A stretch of DNA of 64,000 nucleotides, from the NCBI GenBank assembly GCA_963741255.1, contig CAVUHM010000012.1, positions 6,957 through 70,956 of the forward strand. Direction: 5' to 3'. Numbering within the stretch: the first letter of the stretch is position 1; the number at the start of each line of letters is the position of its first letter. Origin of the DNA: an uncultured Gammaproteobacteria bacterium. Lineage in GTDB: Bacteria > Pseudomonadota > Gammaproteobacteria > Steroidobacterales > Rariloculaceae. The position numbers and the translations under genes are program-made. Shown here piece after piece: positions 60,917 to 64,000 of the stretch. A model generated the notes under the pieces. It was not told the DNA's origin. It worked only from the letters and a program-made list of their open reading frames with translations, and did no database searches.

Positions 60917-61408
60917 CTACGGCGGTTGCTTCTCGTACACGACGCGCCAGGCCTCGACCCAGCGTCCGTCGCGCTGCTCCTCGGTCACCGCGGCGTAGCG
61001 ATCGTCGCCGTCGAAACGCCAGGTCGTGCGCAGCACGCGGACCTGGTTGCCGTCTTGGTAACGTTCGTCGGGGAACTTCAGCTCGCCGTCCGCCGGCTCG
61101 ACCGATCCCTCGCTATAGCCGCCGGTCGCATCGAAGTAGTGATAGACGATCCGCTGCTTCGCCGCATCGAAACGGTACAGCGTCTCTCCGCCGTACGGCC
61201 CACGCTTGCCGGTGACGACGTGAGTGTCGCGTAGAAACTGGCCGTCGTAGGCCCACGCGAAGCAGTGCTCGTCCCAGCTGCCGCCCTCCGCGAACTCGCC
61301 CTTCCAGCAATGACCTTCGAGACGCGCCAACGGCGCGAGCGGCGCATCGGCACCGAGCACGACGCCGCTCAGCAACAGAGCGGGCAGTCCTGCGAGAACG
61401 GTCTTCAT
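60917..61408 (-). CDS. Exported hypothetical protein (lipocalin/DUF1579-like by size and pattern)
   Basis: 163-aa ORF with a signal peptide. The family assignment is weak. Confidence 0.5.
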   Translation of the reverse strand: MKTVLAGLPALLLSGVVLGADAPLAPLARLEGHCWKGEFAEGGSWDEHCFAWAYDGQFLRDTHVVTGKRGPYGGETLYRFDAAKQRIVYHYFDATGGYSEGSVEPADGELKFPDERYQDGNQVRVLRTTWRFDGDDRYAAVTEEQRDGRWVEAWRVVYEKQPP

Positions 61409-61424
61409 GCTCGAACCTCGACGC

Positions 61425-61823
61425 TCAGGGCCACAGTCCCAGGATCAGGCCGATCAACGTGTACTGCAATGTGTGGTACCCGCCATTGATGAGAAACAGC
61501 TTCAGCGAGCGCTGCTCGAACAGATAATTGATACCGAACGAGCCGGCGACCCAGCAGAGTCCCGCGGACAAACCGGTTGCCGCGCCGAATGCCGGCGCCG
61601 GGTTCGGCCCGAGAAATAGCGCGAACACGGCCGCGCCGATCACTGCGAGCACGAACGTGAGGCCGAGCGTCTTCGCCGGGTTTGCGGCTTTTGCCTTTTC
61701 TTCGCTGACGCCCGACTCGCGCATCCACGCGCGCGCGAACAGCGCCGAGTACCACACGGCGCCGAGCACCAGACTCGACGCACCGGCCGCGAGCACGGCC
61801 CAAATGTTGATTTGCTCGAGCAT
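61425..61823 (-). CDS. DUF1761 domain membrane protein
   Basis: 132-aa ORF with 4 hydrophobic helices. The N-terminus INIWAVLAAGASSLVLGAVWYS is typical of DUF1761. Confidence 0.7.
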   Translation of the reverse strand: MLEQINIWAVLAAGASSLVLGAVWYSALFARAWMRESGVSEEKAKAANPAKTLGLTFVLAVIGAAVFALFLGPNPAPAFGAATGLSAGLCWVAGSFGINYLFEQRSLKLFLINGGYHTLQYTLIGLILGLWP

Positions 61824-61911
61824 CGTGCAAGCTCCCCTGTCGCTGTCGATCGCAGCGTCGGAAAGATGCTATCTCAGCCGCTGGCGCGGCTCTTGTACAA
61901 ACGTTACCGAC

Positions 61912-62793
61912 TCAACCGCCGACGACGACGGAGAGCCCGTCGTTGCAGTTCGCGTTCGCGAACTCGCCGGGGCTCATGCCCGCGAACTCGCGGAACTCGC
62001 GGTTGAAGTGCGCCTGGTCGTAATAGCCGCAGGCCATCGCGAGGCGCGCCCAATCGGGCCGCCTCCCCTTTTGCACGAGGTCGACGGCACGTCGAAAACG
62101 GAACATCCGCGCATGGACCTTCGGCGTGAGCCCGACGTGCGCATGGAACAAGCTCGCAAGGTGTTTGCGGCTGACACCGAGCCCGCGGCAGAGGTCTTCG
62201 ATCCGCGCTGCGCCATGCGACTGCGCCAACGCATCGATCGCAATGCGCGCGTCCGCGTGCAGTCGCGTGCCGCTGCGCGCGAGCCGCTGTCTCACGAAGT
62301 CGCACAAGATCGCGAACTGCAATCCCGCGTCCCAAGTGTTGCCGATGCGCTCGTGCACGCGGTTGACCTCGTCGCCGAACGCAGCATCGAGCTCGATGAC
62401 TGCGTGCGCGATCTCACCGAGCGGCAGATCGAGCACTCGATACGCGCCCAACGGGGGCATACGGACGCTGAGCAGATAGGAGGGCTCGGTTGGCTCGTAC
62501 TGCGGCGTCACGAGCAGCCATTCCTGCTGCATGCCGGCGAGCCAAGCGCGGCGGAACGAGCCGTTCCCGGGACGATTCGGCACACCGAACGGCCGCTCGA
62601 GATTGAACATCAGCTCGATGTTGTTCTGCGGCAGGATCTTTTCGTACAGCATCGCGATCCGGCCGCGCGAGATCCAAAACGCCTCGACGATGCCGACGAG
62701 GTCGGGCGGCGGCGGCGCGAGCAGGAACTCCCATGAGCCGAGCTCGCTCGTGTAAGCGAACCGCTGATAGGGCAACGGGGCCAGGGGCGCCAT
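61912..62793 (-). CDS. AraC family transcriptional regulator
   Basis: 293-aa ORF. The C-terminus has the HTH_18 pattern (IEDLCRGLGVSRKHLASLF...GYYDQAHFNREFREFAGMSP). Confidence 0.85.
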   Translation of the reverse strand: MAPLAPLPYQRFAYTSELGSWEFLLAPPPPDLVGIVEAFWISRGRIAMLYEKILPQNNIELMFNLERPFGVPNRPGNGSFRRAWLAGMQQEWLLVTPQYEPTEPSYLLSVRMPPLGAYRVLDLPLGEIAHAVIELDAAFGDEVNRVHERIGNTWDAGLQFAILCDFVRQRLARSGTRLHADARIAIDALAQSHGAARIEDLCRGLGVSRKHLASLFHAHVGLTPKVHARMFRFRRAVDLVQKGRRPDWARLAMACGYYDQAHFNREFREFAGMSPGEFANANCNDGLSVVVGG

Positions 62794-62815
62794 GCCGCCG
62801 ATCTTCGCGCCGCGC

Positions 62816-63992
62816 TCAGCGCTTGTCGACGACGATCTTGCCTTGCTTGATCGTGACCTTCGTCTTGAGCCAGTTCCAATAGCCCTCGAGCGGATCGCCG
62901 TCGAGCAGAAGGATGTCGGCGATCTTGCCGGCCTCGAGCGTGCCCAAGTCCTTTTCCATGCCGAGATACGAAGCCGTGTTCGGGCCCATGATCTTGACCA
63001 TGTCGGCCGGTGAGAAAACCACGTTCATGGACTTCAGCTCGTGCTCGAGCCCCGCCAGCGCGTCGTACTGCGTGTCCGTGCAGTAGCCGAGGATGCCGCC
63101 CGCGTCGAAGATCGTGCGCGCGTTGACCATCGCGTAACCGGCCTCGACGCCGCCGCCGACACCGTTGACGATGCCGTCCGGCCACGGCTTGCCGTCGCGG
63201 AAGCGCGGCGTGTTGTCCTTCGCGAACACGTCGATCGTCGGCGCGCCGAAACCAATCGTCATCAGGATCTTCGTGCCCGCGGCGGCGAGCTTCTCGGCGT
63301 CGGCCTTGCTGACCCAGTCCTTATTCGGCAAGTGGACGAGCAACGGGATGCCCATCTCGACGGCCGCGTTCATCGCCGGCGAGCTGACCGCGTGCACCTG
63401 CACGTTGCACACCGACCTTCTTGCCTTCGTCGAGCACGGCGCGCAGCGTCTCGAGCTCTTGTGCGCTCGGGCCGGGCACTGGCGTCAACGAGATCTCACC
63501 CGTGTAGTCGATGCCCATCGCTTTCATCTTGCGCACGGCTTCGCGGCCGGCTTCAGGCGTAAGCCCGTCGAGCCGCAGCCGCTCCGACGGAATGATGCGC
63601 GGCCCGTTGATCGTGCCGTTCTCGATGTGCTCGCGCAGCGTGAGATTGCCGTCGCCGGGGCCGCCGCCCGACAGAATCGTCGTGTATCCGGCCTCGAGCT
63701 GGCGCTGCATCTGCGCCTTCTCCTCGGGCCCCGTGTTCACGTGCCGATGCGCGTCGATGAAGCCCGCCATCGCGCTCATGCCGCCCGCGTCGATGACCTG
63801 GCCGCTCGTGCTGGCCGGAGCACCCGCCGCGACCGATACGATCCTGCCGCCGCGCACGACGATCGAGCCGCGCTCGATCACGGTGCCGTTGCCGACGACG
63901 ATGTGCGCGTTCGTGATCGTGAGGTCTTGCGCCGCGAGTGGCGCCGCGAACGAGAGCCCAAGCGCGATCAGACACAGCGGTTTGTTCTTCAT
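62816..63992 (-). pseudogene. Amidohydrolase family protein, exported (one frameshift near 63410)
   Basis: ORFs 63321..63992 (signal peptide, GFIDAHRH metal motif) and 62816..63412 join as ...EGKKV|VCNVQVHAVS, which fits a 1-nt insertion. Confidence 0.8.
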
Positions 63993-64000
63993 TTGAGGGT

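Noticed and set aside
1-64000. tRNA, rRNA, tmRNA, IS elements, integrases, prophage genes
   Set aside because: I scanned by eye for T-loop-like GGTTCGAATCC-type motifs, transposase or integrase-like ORFs, and terminal inverted repeats around ORFs, and found none. A tRNAscan or ISfinder run would be the definitive check.

Overview
This is a high-GC bacterial chromosomal window, roughly 65-70% GC by eye. The gene content resembles a soil or freshwater Gammaproteobacterium (Steroidobacter/Nevskiales-like) or an Acidobacterium; that assignment is inference only.

I can support about 60 protein-coding loci. I recognised no rRNA, tRNA, CRISPR array, integrase or IS element. Most long Arg/Ala-rich ORFs in the track are shadow frames of real genes on the other strand or in another frame.

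Recognisable content:
- Three toxin-type patches: partial Fic + Uma2 + MazEF + Uma2 at 1-3951; Fic + VapBC at 21.6-23.8 kb; and a patatin lipase + signal-less M15 peptidoglycan hydrolase at 24.8-28.2 kb.
- Many exported redox and hydrolytic enzymes: three PQQ enzymes, two TAT-signal aldo/keto reductases, two MBL-fold hydrolases, a Mo-bisPGD oxidoreductase, and a CoxL-like Mo subunit.
- A DUF1592/DUF1552 pair.
- A receiver-GGDEF-EAL / PAS histidine kinase / receiver cassette.
- Two copies of an uncharacterised DUF6152 + twin membrane-protein module.

About 20 conserved genes are interrupted by frame changes. Every junction I resolved by eye fits a 1-nt insertion. I therefore call them pseudogene/frameshifted, but suspect long-read assembly error rather than real decay.

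Non-coding highlights:
- A five-copy nested-palindrome REP-like family.
- A dense TGTCGA operator or iteron-like array upstream of the complete fic gene.
- An inverted duplication of a ~100-nt bulged hairpin (38.75-39.08 kb) whose two copies differ by fully compensated stem substitutions.

Best candidates for an undescribed system:
- The patatin + M15 pair.
- The covarying hairpin pair.
- The duplicated DUF6152 module, which sits next to a CorA-like GMN protein.
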